From the NCBI GenBank assembly GCA_043228905.1, contig JBHGNT010000021.1:7936001-8000000 (forward strand): DNA of 64,000 nucleotides, read 5' to 3'. The DNA is from Azolla caroliniana (lineage: Eukaryota; Plantae; Polypodiophyta). This document shows, piece by piece, positions 25,175-38,377 of this stretch; position 1 is the first letter of the stretch, and every line of letters starts with the position of its first letter. The notes under the pieces were generated by a model, which did not search any database, was not told where the DNA came from, and was given only the letters and a program-made list of their open reading frames with translations. The position numbers and the translations under genes are program-made.

Positions 25175-27772
25175 TGTCGTGAAGGATTGGCTTCACGATA
25201 TAAAAATAAACTTCAATATTGTATTAAGTAACATTTGAGAGACTTGAACCCATAACCTCACACACCAAGGACGAAGCATATACCATTAAGAAAAGTTATT
25301 TTTTATAGTTTTGTTTTTATCATCATACTTATGACATGTGTATCTTCATACATTAGAGCTTAGATGAGTATGATGGCTATCATGCATCACATGTAAAGCA
25401 TGTGCGCCAAATGGTGATCATGCATGCCATGCACCCCCGTATCATCATATGCATGAGCGAACCTATAAAGAGAGGCAAGGAATTAAGGGATGAATCAAGG
25501 GAAAAACAAGGTAATCAAGAAGAGAAAGTAAGAAATCAAATAATATAATCAAGCAAAGAAGCTAGCGTATTTGGGGAAGTGTCTTGTCTCTCGAAGTTGA
25601 AGTCGAGGGTTCAAATCAAGAGTTGGTAGAGAAGGGTTTCATCTTGTGATCGGCATTGTAACTTTGGTAAAATATTGGGTTGTTAATATAAAGCTTGTTC
25701 TTATAATACAGTTTCACTTCTTAAATCATACATTGTCTCTTATCTCTTATCTATGCTCATCTATCTCTCTAATATTACTTCTAACTCTTGTTCTTCCTAT
25801 CCTTAATCTTTCTAACATTGTTACACAAGCCTGATAAAATATATAACCAACTCCTTTTAACCTTAGTCCCTGCGACTTCGTTGCACGAACCACAACTACC
25901 CCGACACATTTGGTGAACCCGACATGAAGACGGCGACAAGGAGAAATGGAGGAGCAAATGAGGCTTATGTGTTCGATGATGGAACAAATGATGCGAGAGC
26001 AAGGGATGATGGCAAGCATCGACAATATTCTTGCACGAGTAGGAATCTTTGAAGGTATAAAGATTTCTGAAGATTTACAATGAAGAAATGGTTAAACGTG
26101 GTGTCGACGAAGCTGTAAAAATTAATAGCTTTAGTCAAGTCGTTGCGATTGGGCTACAGAGGGAGCATCAGACATGGGCGACTTTTGAAAGAGCATTATT
26201 GAATGAATACAACCTCAACGATATGTCAAGGATGACAAGGCGAGCTTTCATGGATTGGGTAGAGTCTGATAAACATTTAAGTGTTTTGGAAGTGTTAAAA
26301 GAATTTTCAGAAAGATTTGAGCAATTAAATGTTAGGGATAGAAATATAATATTGCAAGATAAAATAATATTATTTCTACAATCCACTAATATTAAAGACA
26401 GAATAGTCCGAGTGGACTTACCGAAGACTGGGAGGAGGTGAAAAGGGCTTGCGCCCATTTCTGTAGAAGAAAGTTATGGTTTATGGACTACCGAAGAGAA
26501 ATGAAGAAGAAACGAGGGACGAGCCGGGAGAAAAGAAAGTAGAACAATCTTTCCTGCACGAATTGGTGAAAGGAATGAAAGACTTGTCGATCAAAGTGAT
26601 GAAGTTGGAATCGGGACAAAGCTCAACTTTGTCAAGACAAGAAGGTGGAATGGTCCAAAGGTGTATGTGGTGCGACAGAGTCGACCACCAAAAGAAAGAT
26701 TGTCAAGAACATAGGGATGCTCTTAATCATGATAAAATCTACTATCAAGATGGTAAGATTCACTCAACCGAGACACGACAACCACTCCTACTCAACTTCC
26801 GGCAAGGTGGAATGAAAAAGCTAATGAAAGAAGCTAAGATAAAAGCAATTCAAGCAATACAATCTATGACAACCTTAGGGTTATGAGTAGAAGACTCATA
26901 TGGTGGATCTAGCTTTTGGCAAGATGTGATGGAGTATGAAAAAAAAGGGAAGGTTCGAGTGGATGAATTAAAAAGACCAGGTGATGAAATACGAAACTTC
27001 ACTGGATGGAATGATCCGGTAGACACACTATTAGCATTCGCCCAAATGAATTCACAAGATGTATTAATGGAAGAGAAGCGAAAGAGGGTTAGGAGGCTAA
27101 TCTAGCTAAAATGCATGAGACACAAGAACAAGAGAGAAGAGAGATGGAAAAGGATGCTCCTGAGTCGAAAGAAGCTAATAAAGTAAAAGGGAAGACAGAC
27201 CCAACTTCATGCTTGCTTCGGACACAAAAGGTGTGACAAATATAAAACATTTAATGGAAGAAGTTACGGGAGGGTGTGCAGCAATACTCCAAGATTTGGA
27301 TCATGGCACAATTAATGGTGCAAGTTTAAAGAAGATAAATGATGTTGGGATTCATGAAGGGGATAGGAGTCATTATACAAGGGACCATTGGGCTCGAGCA
27401 ACAACAGAGGCACCTACAAAAATTAGGGAGCAACAAATTCCATGTATTGCTTTGATCGACCATGGATCAGAGATTAACATGATTTCATCGGAATTTTATG
27501 CTCAAGGATGGTGGCCGATCGACAAAGATCATGGGTGGAAAATAAGAGTTGCCACAGAGACTATGGAGGATCTATTCGAAGCATGTCCCAATGTGAAAGT
27601 AACAATGGGAGATGTGTCGGTGGATCAAAAATTCTTTGTGCAAGATAGATCAACCTACTCCATCATCCTTGGTCAACCATACATCAATGTAATAAAGATG
27701 GAAACAAACTTGATTGGTGATGGTTTGGCTTTCGCGAGGATCAAGAGTCAGGATGGAAGAAAGATACTACAG
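25175..27772 (+). mobile_element. Truncated Ty3/gypsy element 3 (diverged AT-rich relative of gypsy 1 and 2): LTR, gag, protease
   Basis: LTR 25175-25906 (TGTCGTGAAG...CCGACA). PBS TGGTGAACCCGACATGA 25911-25927 (tRNA-Trp-like). CMWCDRVDHQKKDC knuckle, HWARATTE and LIDHGSEIN protease. Confidence 0.88.
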
Positions 27773-28505
27773 TTCGGAAAGGGCGATTTTAGATTCTGAG
27801 TCCTTAAACTGAAGAACTAATAAAGCTCTTTTCCTAGTGGTGTCACGTCCTACCCTCCAAGTTTTAGTGATTGGTAGGGCTTCGTACCCCAACATATTCC
27901 ATAATGTTTGTGCATCTGCGTCGAGAGATGCCCCTTCCTCGAGCCCAGTAACTCGTACATTTAGGTGTCGAGCTTGACGCATTTTTTCCTCCTCAAGGGT
28001 AGTGTTTACAATGTTTTCATCCTTTAGTTCTTTTTTAATATTGCGTTTTACTACATCAACCCACCCAGTTTTTGCTAATTCCATATCGCTTTTAACATCT
28101 TCCTTAACCTTTTTGATCTCGTCCTTAATATCCTCTAGGGAAGATATTTCACCATCTTCCCTAGATGTCTCAAGGTCCTTAATTTGTTTTTGAAGGTTCA
28201 CGTTGGCTACTTTAAGTTTCGCTACTTCAGCAACAAGCAGTTCTCATTCTTCCTTATATTTTTGTTTTTCGGCTTCCATCTCTTTCGCCCATTTTTCTAT
28301 TTTAACTAATTGATTAAGGAAAACCAAAAATTCCTCCTTACTTATAATTTCTTTGTGTGTTTCCTTATGGTTTCATCTAGAAGTCATGTTGTAATTCAAA
28401 AGACAAAAGAAAGAAAAGACAAAAAGGACAGAAAAACTTAGCCGAGCAAGCATCGATGCCTTGCACGCTAGGTACGAGTGTAGAAGCACATGTGTGCTCT
28501 CTCCT
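27773..28505 (-). mobile_element. 5' fragment of a non-LTR retrotransposon (LINE) ORF1
   Basis: Coiled-coil-like N-terminus (ATG about 28387, two in-frame stops), then RQARHLNVRVTGLEE...WRVG...LVLQF, resembling the RRM of LINE ORF1 proteins. Truncated against gypsy 3. Confidence 0.65.
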
Positions 28506-28816
28506 TTACTCAACCGATGACGTCGTTAGAAGTGTAGGTGATAGTGGCGACCGACAACGATGACAGTGGCAACGACTACACACAACAACAGTGCAGCGAC
28601 AACGGTGATGGCCAAGAACCAACAACGGTAGGCGAAGACTACAGCGACGGCGGTAGACGTCGGACAACGACGACGGTGACAGCGGCGACAACGACATCGG
28701 CAGCAGACGGCGGTGACAACAACAGCAGACGGCGGCGACAACAGGCGATGGCGGCAGTAGATAGTGGCTGAAGACGACGGCAATGGCAGAGAGAGCCGTT
28801 ACACACAACGACAACG

Positions 28817-28819
<3 letters not shown>

Positions 28820-28851
<32 letters not shown>

Positions 28852-29380
28852 ACAATATATACAAAAAACAATAAAATTGTATTAACAAGCAGTAAGAATG
28901 AACCAACATGTACAAAGAAGAAGAGACGGTGCTTATTTAGTCACCTTCTCTCTATGTTCTCTCACTACAACCACAACTTGTAAAGGAGGTGGAGACTTAA
29001 CTATCTACTAAATATGTGTCATAGAACTTAAAGTTCTATGACACACTAGTTACTATACTAAGAAGTGTGGTGTTCACACACTTGAGTATACTAAGGTGTG
29101 TTCCCACATGTTGAGAATCAAACTCAACTTCCCTTGAGTGGGAACACACTCTAGGATACTCAAGTGTGTGAACACCCCACCTCCTTGTATAGTAACTAGT
29201 GTGTCATAGAAGTTAATGTCCTATGACACATATTCTTTATTAGTTAAGACACAACCTCTTTCCCAAGAGGCGGTACATAACCACCTTCTCCTTCTCTTTG
29301 TAAGTGTTGTTTTGTTAGTCATTCTTGTTTTCCTTGTTAATACAGTTTTATTGTGTTTCTGTACCCCTCTCTCTCTCCAC
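28820..29380. repeat. Long imperfect inverted repeat (foldback) with highly similar core arms about 29011-29107 and 29138-29234
   Basis: aatatgtgtcatagaact...gtgtgttcccac matches the reverse complement of gtgggaacacac...tatgacacatatt. Weaker arm similarity extends to the (AG)n/(CT)n tracts. Confidence 0.85.
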
Positions 29381-30127
29381 ACACACACACACACGGTCCT
29401 TCCGCTGCACAAAATCATCACATATTCTTTACACCACACAAGGGGGAGGGAGAGATACATAGAGATCTTTTTAATGCCCACAAGAGACAAGTTGTCATCT
29501 ATGAGATAAGGCCAAACCATGGCAAGGGTCGAACTTTAGTTCTCTCAATTTTTATGAATTTTGATGCCATAGCATAAACCACCAAGCTAACAAGAGAGAA
29601 TATGTTAAAAGTAAGGAGCTGTATTTATAAGTTGGCGAAGATTATAATGATAATAAATATACCAATCAAACATTAACCAAACCTGAATTGTACCAAGAAC
29701 ATGATTACAATTTTCTTTTGAAATATGTATGAATTAAGCCATTATAGTAATTATAAATTCTACAAATTACAATAAAATTGTGGCAAACCAATTTTTACTA
29801 GAATATTTAACCCTTTTACATAGGATGAGAGAAATTAAGTTAAGGAAAGGTATTGTGAGGGATATCCTTGAGTTTCGGCATGGCGAGTTTACATGCAAGG
29901 ACCCATCTCCTTGGACGTTGTAGGCTTCCCACATGCACTCATGTTTCTCGACCCATGATAATCCGTATGTTGACAAAGCCTTGGCATTAGACCTAAATTC
30001 TTCAAACCTAACGATGAGCTCTCGCTTTCTCATTATATGGTTTTCAAGCGCTCTCATGTCAAATAAAAGTAGTGATGCCAATTTTGGCATACACCATTGT
30101 CTCTTCTATTAACAACATGCACTCTAC

Positions 30128-30445
30128 CTTATCCACACATGGACGCCTAATGCCAAAAAATGTTTGTTGAATTGTTCATACTTCTTATCCACACATGGAC
30201 ACCTAATGCGCAAAAAATGTGTGTTGACGTGTTCATATACTTCTTGTTTCATTATCGTTGCTTATACATTATAACTCATCTTTTTCCTTCAATTATCCCT
30301 AGTGAGATTTGAACCCTTTACCCTATTGCTCTTATTCAATCATCCCTAGTGAGGTTAAGGGTGGTGAGGTTTGAACCCTTAACCCTATTGCTCTAATTAT
30401 TCAATCACCCCTAGTTAGGTTTGAAAATTTAACCCTAGTGGTCTA
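30128..30445. repeat. Short tandem duplications (~57 bp x2 at about 30128-30245; ~48-60 bp x3 at about 30296-30445)
   Basis: cttatccacacatggac...gttcata twice; ccctagtgaggtttgaacccttaaccctattgctct about three times. Confidence 0.7.
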
Positions 30446-32182
30446 ATTAGTAAACATTTCCATCCAAGATACGTTTGCATATTGTTTGTTACTTTTTCTT
30501 TTTGGGTAGCAAAATCACCGCCTAATGTAAAACCTCACATCTAGAAACTTTTCTCCCTTGGCACACACCACATACAACACGAAATGCAGGTTTCATTAGA
30601 ATGAGGAGATTATTGTCTTCGTATGGTTGTTTGACTTGGGGGTGGCTTGGGCCTTTCGATACATGCATTAGGTTGTTCACGTCACATTGTAAGAGAAAAG
30701 AGAGAAAAGAACAAGAGAAGTAAGGATGAATAAAAGATGAAGATGAAGTGGGAAATAGAATAGTGATACAGGAATGGAGAGGAAAAAGGCAAAAACGTTG
30801 GGAGGGTATTGTGCAAGCAAGATTAGGGAGTTTTAAGCTTAGGAAGGTAAAACCAAATAATCACTAAAACTAAAAAAGTAACTATCAGAGAGGTGAGAAG
30901 TTCTTTATTTATAACGAGCAAGGCTAAATGTGGATAATAAATTGAGTGGATATGAGATAGTAATAATCACGGAGATGAGCATACTTTAGGCCCTAACTTT
31001 AGGTAATAATATAATTTATGTTATTTACATATTTACCTTTTTCGATCATTCGATCAATCAATGAAGTGAGGCTTGTTGGTGGGTTGACTTGTTGATCGGT
31101 CATCAATGACTCAAGTTACCAATTCAAGGAGGAACAAATTCAACAATAGATTATCGTAATACATCTTGAGATGAGATTCATCGATTAGTTGTTCTTCAAT
31201 TCATCCCCCCAGCTTTTTAAGTTGATATGTATCTTCACACTTCTTAAAGACGATTCCAATATGGGTACGTCCATAGTGTACCCAGCTTTCTAGGCATGAT
31301 GCTAGATCACATCTAAACTGAACTTCATAGACATTTAACTAGCATTAAGCGCTCAACTTATATATAAATGGTCACTTAGAAAACTTTGAATATGTTCACA
31401 GAAAATAACGGATTGGCTAATTCTAGCTCAAGATGACAAGCAAATTTCAATCATAACTCCCCATCATGCACTGCATACTAGCAAACATTGCTTATACTCA
31501 GTGCATTTCTTATATAATGTAGATAGACAACAATGCCACCACCAATGCTCAGAACTCATGAGATCCAAGCTTGCATACAACATGCAATGGTGTTTGATGG
31601 ATTAGGAAATGATCATCGCAATAGACAACTAGAGGAAATGCAAAATAGCACCATATGCCGGATGCTTTACAGAAAGGATTAGAAAGACATAGAATCATCT
31701 TTAACAAAGGAAGTTATTTAAAAGTTTTAACTGCACACATCATAAATCCAGACAAATCAATTTTGTTTGACGTACATAATTCATGTTGCACATGAAGAAA
31801 TCAACAAATACAAGATGATAGATTCATGCTTACTATTAAAATTCAGGCTTGCCATTCAAAAAGTTTTTGAACATCGTAGTTACAACCAATCTTATATTCT
31901 GCTGGCCCCCAAAAAAGGAGGGTTATGTGCTCTAACGAGGGCTATATACACTGTTCTCTACACAGAAATATAAAGAAGGAAATTGTACTCTGAACATTCA
32001 TAACTACAAGCTTTTACATTTGTAAAAGAAAACTACAGATACAACCTTCAAGCTTTTCTTTGGGAGGAAATAGCAAAAACCAGCACCACACATTTTTGTA
32101 TATCATCATATGATCATCATATCCAGAAGGAATGACTTAGAGATGACATAGAACTTGGAATAAGCAGCTAATGAATGCTTCA

Positions 32183-35100
32183 TCATCCTTCTCCTCCTTC
32201 AAAAGAATATTTGCTGAAATGCTTAACACGGAAATTCCACTCTCCTTTTGCTGCATCATAGGAGAGGAATTCAGCTCCTTGCTCCTCTGTTTTCTTCTTT
32301 AGCCTTTTCTCAAACTTCTCTACCTCTGGACCTTGTGATACATGCTGACCTGTCTTCTTCTCGACACATTTCACATTCAAAAGAGTGATTTCGGCAGGTT
32401 TGTTCAAACCTGCCCCCGGGGGTGGTTTTTTACTCTCATCCATGTATACAAGCACTTCACATTTATTGAACTGTATAATGCTCTCCAGATCAAGCCCTCT
32501 CACATCAGTTTCTCCCAGAAACTTGACAAAACCATAGCCGTGCCTTCCAACCACAAAATCCTTCACCTGGCGACAATAACCAGGTTCTGCTCTTTCCTTA
32601 GCAGCCAATTCCTGAACTCTGGGCTGAATATAATACTCTGAATCTCTCAATTTCGGCATGAGCACTTCGATATCGGCGCCATGCTCATATGCAACTGCAG
32701 CTTCTTCTGCTCGATGCCCTGTAATTGAGACATATCCATTCCCTTTATGGTTGTGTTCCCCATTTTGTTTCATTGCACCTTTCCCCGAGTACATTTCTCC
32801 AGGTGTAGAGTCTGATTTTCCTACACCAGAAGTTGAGCCAGGAAATAGGGTTCCTACATTTCACAGAAAGTTTGATACCAAAAAATATTCTTAATAGTCT
32901 ATAATTCACCAGAAATGTTCTATTCAAGCTATCAAAAAAGTTCTGAAATAACTGTGAGTTTTCTTCTTTATATCCCGAAAGGCCGTGTACTTTATTGATA
33001 TCCCCCTACATACCCTTTACCAGCCCAGCTTGGGCAATTCTATATAATCACTTCATCCCCCTTTCATTTCATGGGTTGACCACAGGCATTTGGGGAAATA
33101 AAGAAGTACTCAGATAATTAAGAGTTTTTCCTAGAAAAGGAATTAATCAATACATACTTTCGGCACTTCCAAATTCCAAATTAGTTTCCTCTGCTGATCC
33201 ACCCCCTATTGACAACAAAACATGATATAAGCACACAATTGAGATCAGAAATCATGGGAGTACAAAGGTCAAGAAAATCTCACCTTGCTTTTCAGGCATT
33301 GAAATAATGCCTTTAAGTTTCATGCTTGTTTGTCCAGGACTGCTTGGAGATTGATCTGCTTTCTGGTGGATGAACAAAGCTCTAGGGTTCTCCCTCGGAA
33401 CAAACAATGCATCCATCTTGGGTAAATGTGATGTTTCCTCACCTTCACTGAAGAAGGAAACCTGCCAAAATAAGCCTACCAATTTGAGTATCTACGGCAG
33501 TAACACAAGACTATGCATTTTGTTGCCTTTGGCATTTACCTTAGGGCTATCTTTACTAGGATGATAGCGTCGCCCCTGTAACCGAATCCTTGACCTTTGA
33601 GTTATGTGTCTTGGGGTCAAAAGTGAAGTACTCCTCACTGCAGTGGGCCTTTCAGACACCTTTAAATATAAAAAAATAGTTATTATTATGTTTCAGTTCT
33701 ACAATATACTCAGAGGAGAAAGCGAATGTTACTTACTGGAAGATTAGATATGCCATACTGTACTGATGGACCTGCACCTGCACTTCGACCAATTGACATC
33801 TGAGGTAGAGCAGGTAAGGTGCCAAACGGACTGCTCACAGACACAGGAAACGGCCTTCCAACAAAGAATAGAAAACAAAAACAAGTGAATGTATGCTGTG
33901 TCAGAATTGAGTTCCAATGCTGCATTCAAGCAAGATGGATACAGAAAGAGAGTTCTTACTGTTGTGCAAATGTTGTCATGTTTGTTCCTTGGGGAGGGGC
34001 CATTCCAAATCCAGCACCAGCTGCATAGATGCAATTAAAAAAGCATGGTGATACCAAAGTCCTAATATATATGAGAATAAATGAAGAAAAGTTATTTTAG
34101 AGATTTTGAAACCTGGTTGGCTCTGCGAAAGAGATGGAAAGGTAAAACTCCCCATAGTCTGTTGTGGGGTGGTCTGGAAACCAGCAAATAAGGAACCCTG
34201 AATAGAAATTCAGAAGATTATGCCAATTTCATTTTTATTGATCGTGTACATGGGTGTGGGCATGGGGGGGGGCATGTAATCTCTCTCTATATATACACAT
34301 TAATCAGAGATGAGGACATACTGGCTTTGGAGCTTGAAAAGCAGACGAATTTCCAAATAAGGAACCCATCGCTGGTGTTGTTGGACTTGAAAATAAGCCA
34401 CCACTTGTCTGACTTGGTGTGAATGGACTTGAACCAAACACTGAAGTACCACCACTAAACATGCTTGGAGCTGGTGAAGAAAACGCAGGAGTTGAGCCAA
34501 ATATTGAACTCCCAAATGTAGAAGAGCTGCTTCCAAAGCCCGACATGACACCAGAAGTACTAGCAGCACCAAAGGGAGATGAGAACCCAAAGGCTGGTGA
34601 AGTTGTTTGACCAAACGACGAACTGGTTGAAAGACTTCCAAATGGAGATGTCCCTGATGCACCAGAAGACATTCCGAATGATCCCAAAGGTTTAGACCCA
34701 AAAATACCACCAGTTGCTGAAGCAGCAAATGGATTTGGTGCCGTTGCTGGAGTAGGTTGCCCAAATAATCCAGTTGTTGCTGGCTGCACAATTGTGCTTG
34801 GACCACCTGTAGTGACCAAAGTTGACTATATTAACCTCACTGATAGTAACACACACTGGAAAGAAATACATATAAAGAAAAGAAAGGAACAGCTCTGAAA
34901 TACTCAAAAGGAAAAAAAAAATCCCCAAATGTCCTTGATCAACCCCCCCTCCATAGTAGTTAATGTGCTCTATGAGCAATTACATGGTCTCTGTTATATC
35001 CTTCCATTTATCTTCTTCTCTTTTCTGGGGTTCACCACGAGCATTTACGAAATAATGAAATAAACTGAAATAGTTTTTCTGTAAAAGAAATTACCTTTAT

Positions 35101-38100
35101 CTCCAGCTTGATAATCTTCCCACCTCAACTCTTCATGTGATTTGTTCTTATATACTTGCATTGCAGATATGGACATAAGCTTCCCAGCTTGACCACTAAC
35201 CCCAGCCTCTGCATCATTTGTTACAGTGTAAGCACTTCCTCTACTACCAGGACGCTGACCACCAAAAGGAGATGAACCGAAAGTAGTGGATCCAAAGGTT
35301 GGTGAAGAACCTGCATTTAAGCCAGATAATATTGAGTGTACAATATTAGAGGCACAAAGAACATTCACTTCACAAAAGATATGGATACACACATGCTTAT
35401 ACGGTAATTACCATCCAAGAATGTGCACAGATGCAAATGAGAAGAATTTAACCAAAATGCAAGTATATGCACATGCAATATTTTATGGGTTTAACGCCCC
35501 TCTTTGTGCAAGCAATACACACCATGCCTCACATAAACAAGTACAAACTAACGTGTGTCTAACATACATGTGGTAAACCAATGCATATGGATTATAGGAG
35601 GTGCTCCTCTCCCTACAATTCATACCAAATGACGGAGTACTTGATGCTCCAAAGGGTGAAACCCCAGATCCAAATACAGATGTGCCAAATGCTGAAGTTG
35701 TGGTGGCAGGAGTAGACTGACCAAAAAGGGAAGTAGTGCTACCAAATAAAGAGGATGACGGTGTACCAAAGGCAGGGGTTGACGAGGCACCAAAAGCAGG
35801 GGTTGACGAGGCACCGAAGGCAGGGACCGAGGAGGCACCAAATGCAGGGGTTGATGTGGCACCGAAGGCAGGCATTGATGAGGTACCAAACATAGGTGTC
35901 GATGAGACCCCGCCAAAGGCAGGAGTTGTCGAGGAACCAAAGGTAGGGGTCGACGAGATGCCAAAGGAAGGGGTCGAAGAGACCCCAAAAGAAGGGGTTG
36001 ATGAGACCCCAAAAGAAGGGGTTGATGAGACCCCAAAGGCAGGTGTTGATGAAACGCCAAAGGCAGGGGTCGACGAGACACCAAAAGCAGGGGTCGATGA
36101 AACCCCAAAGGCAGATGTAGTTGAACCAAATGGGCTTGAACCGAAGGTGGGAGCACTTGAACCAAATGTACCTGAACCAAAGGATGGAGTGCCAAATGAA
36201 GGTTGAGACTGTCCAAACTGTGTACCTCCAAATGGATTTGCTTGTTGCGTTGAGGTCGAGCCAAAACCTCCAAATGTGGTTGCAGGTTTTTGCCCAAAAA
36301 TAGAAGCTCCTGACAGAAGAGGGGATAAATGTAAGATTATCCACAATGGTGAAAATTTTAATCCATAATAATTCATGGTTGTCACAAATAACTCAAGAAA
36401 AGCTCTAAGATACCCCTGAGTTTTTATTTCCCCAAATGCACTACACCAAACCCCTGTGAAGCAATTACATGGACAATTTGTCCAGCAATTATAAGGGCAA
36501 TCCATCTTGGTTGACTATGGGCATTGGGGGAAATAAAGAGAAACTTAGGGTTATATCAGTATTCTTCCCAATAGCTTATAAGAAAGAGATGAAACCTGTC
36601 CCAAATGCTGGGGTGCTGCCAAAGGCTGGTGTTGAGGATGCACCAAATGCTGGAGTTGAAGTACCTAGTGGTGAAGGTTGAGTAGCTCCAAATACACCCG
36701 TTGCTGTTCCTCCAAAAAGTGAGTTTCCTGATGGAGCCCCAAAGGTTGGGCTCCCAAAAGGCTTCGCTCCAAACAGTGAATTGCTTTGGGTAGCCCCAAA
36801 GGGACTTGATGGTGCTGGTGAAGCAAATGGATTTGCTGAAGTTGACATCCCTCCAAAGGGACTAGGTGTTGAAACTCCAAAAGCTGGAAATGAAATTAAC
36901 TTCAATAAGTGGGAACTCAAGAACATTGCTGCTTTTGTTGATGCATATCACATTAATGATAGAAATACTGATAACTAGGGAGTAATTCAAACAACAAATC
37001 AACTTCAGTGAAACACTTCTAACGTTTTGTTCATATAAAACCAGTATGCAAATATTGATAAAGTATGGTTAGTTGTGCTTCTCACAGACATGGCGGCAGT
37101 GTTAAATGTGATTCTGAGGAAACCAATACTTCAACATGCCATTGCCTACAGTCAATGCAAGACTAATCTCTTGGTCCAGCCATTTGAAAGAAAGTTGTTT
37201 CAGAGAGGTATATGATGTTAAATTCTCTAGCCATTGTCAGCCTGGTTTCTAAATGGGACATAAATGACAGGTTCAATATTGAGTAATCATCAACTGGAAC
37301 TTTCACAGCTGAAATTAGTATACAATGTATAAACTATGGCAAGACTAGGTCTTCTCTGATTCACTACATCGATGCAAGAATGATCCTAGATCTAAGAAAT
37401 TGGGACATAAATATCTTTTTGCTTGGGAATCCTTCCCTTTCATGGAAATACAATCAAATATGCAGAGTGAGAGTATTCATCTGTTCACATATCAAATATA
37501 ACATCATATATGTTCGAACATAATACTTCACAAAATGTATAAGAATATTTATTGATTTACTTAATTTTGGGCCAAATTATGATGGTAAGGAAACACTAAT
37601 TCCGCTCTTCACAATGATAAAGCTGATATGACATAATTTCAAATGTAGTACTGCATGGCCTTAGAGACTTTAGTGAATTGAGCCTTTATTACTCCCCTTT
37701 TCAGTCATCACTTCTCTGAACATTAATATATCTTTCTTTATTTCAGTTCAGATGTTCCATAATAATCCATAAGTCCAAAGTTAAGTGATTCAGTATCACT
37801 CTTCTTAAAATATAATTTAGACAAGGCAGAATCACTACCACATCAGCAGGATTCAGATGACCTAAAATACCCAATCCATTTTGTAAAACTGGTTTAGGTG
37901 AGAAAGAGAAAAACATGATTATAACAATTTTGAGACTGTCACATTAGAGATTCTAGACTGCAGTGATATCAGACCAGTACGAATCCCCTCTTTCCCTTTC
38001 TCTTCTTCGGCAAAATGTTCCATGATGACCCAAAAAGCCAAACTCTGGTGCTTCAGCACCAAACAAATGTTTGGTTGCTTTGGTAGCACCCTTCTTAAGG

Positions 38101-38377
38101 AAAGGCAGAATCACTGCTATACGGGCATAATTCGACGATATTGAGATATTGAAAAGCAGGAAAGACAAGGTTTAGTGACAAATATGTAAACAACTGATGT
38201 ATCTATATTCTACTTCAAGAGATATTGAAAAGCAGGAAAGACAAGGTTTAGTGACAAATATGTAAACAACCAATGTATCTATGTTCTATTTCAAAACATA
38301 TTCATCGTGATTCACACAAAATAAGCAATGATAGTAGGCATTAAGTACTTACGACTGCTAGATCCGAACGAACTCAT
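32183..38377 (-). CDS. NUP98: Nuclear pore complex protein NUP98 (FG repeats, GLEBS motif, C-terminal autoprotease domain), 11 coding exons, about 976 aa
   Basis: Exons (minus): 38377-38353, 36883-36596, 36309-35626, 35310-35095, 34806-34322, 34197-34113, 34020-33960, 33854-33737, 33659-33540, 33461-33284, 32853-32183. All introns GT-AG, phases compatible, total 2931 nt. Motifs: SSTPAFG repeats, [21 protein letters not shown] (GLEBS), [38 protein letters not shown]. Confidence 0.95.
35770..36110 (-). repeat. Coding 24-bp tandem repeat encoding (V/A)SSTP(A/S)FG octapeptides in NUP98 exon 3
   Basis: About 14 units visible in ORF 35483-36505. Confidence 0.9.
38145..38295. repeat. 76-bp tandem duplication in NUP98 intron
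   Basis: gatattgaaaagcaggaaagacaaggtttagtgacaaatatgtaaacaac starts at 38145 and 38221. Confidence 0.9.

Noticed and set aside
27775-27799. GDF-like ending (GGCGATTTTAG) of the gypsy 3 protease ORF resembling the frameshift site
   Set aside because: Lies beyond the junction, in the antisense of the LINE ORF1 fragment, and is not the GGATTTT heptamer; treated as coincidence.
28506-28815. GAC/GGC/AAC-rich ORFs
   Set aside because: Low-complexity trinucleotide-like tract, probably TE-internal; no domain.
29767-30090. 107-aa ORF with a coding-like look
   Set aside because: No recognisable motif or convincing splice context; cannot be assigned without a search.
35620-36344. Alternative-frame and antisense ORFs over NUP98 exon 3
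   Set aside because: By-products of the stop-free 24-bp repeat.
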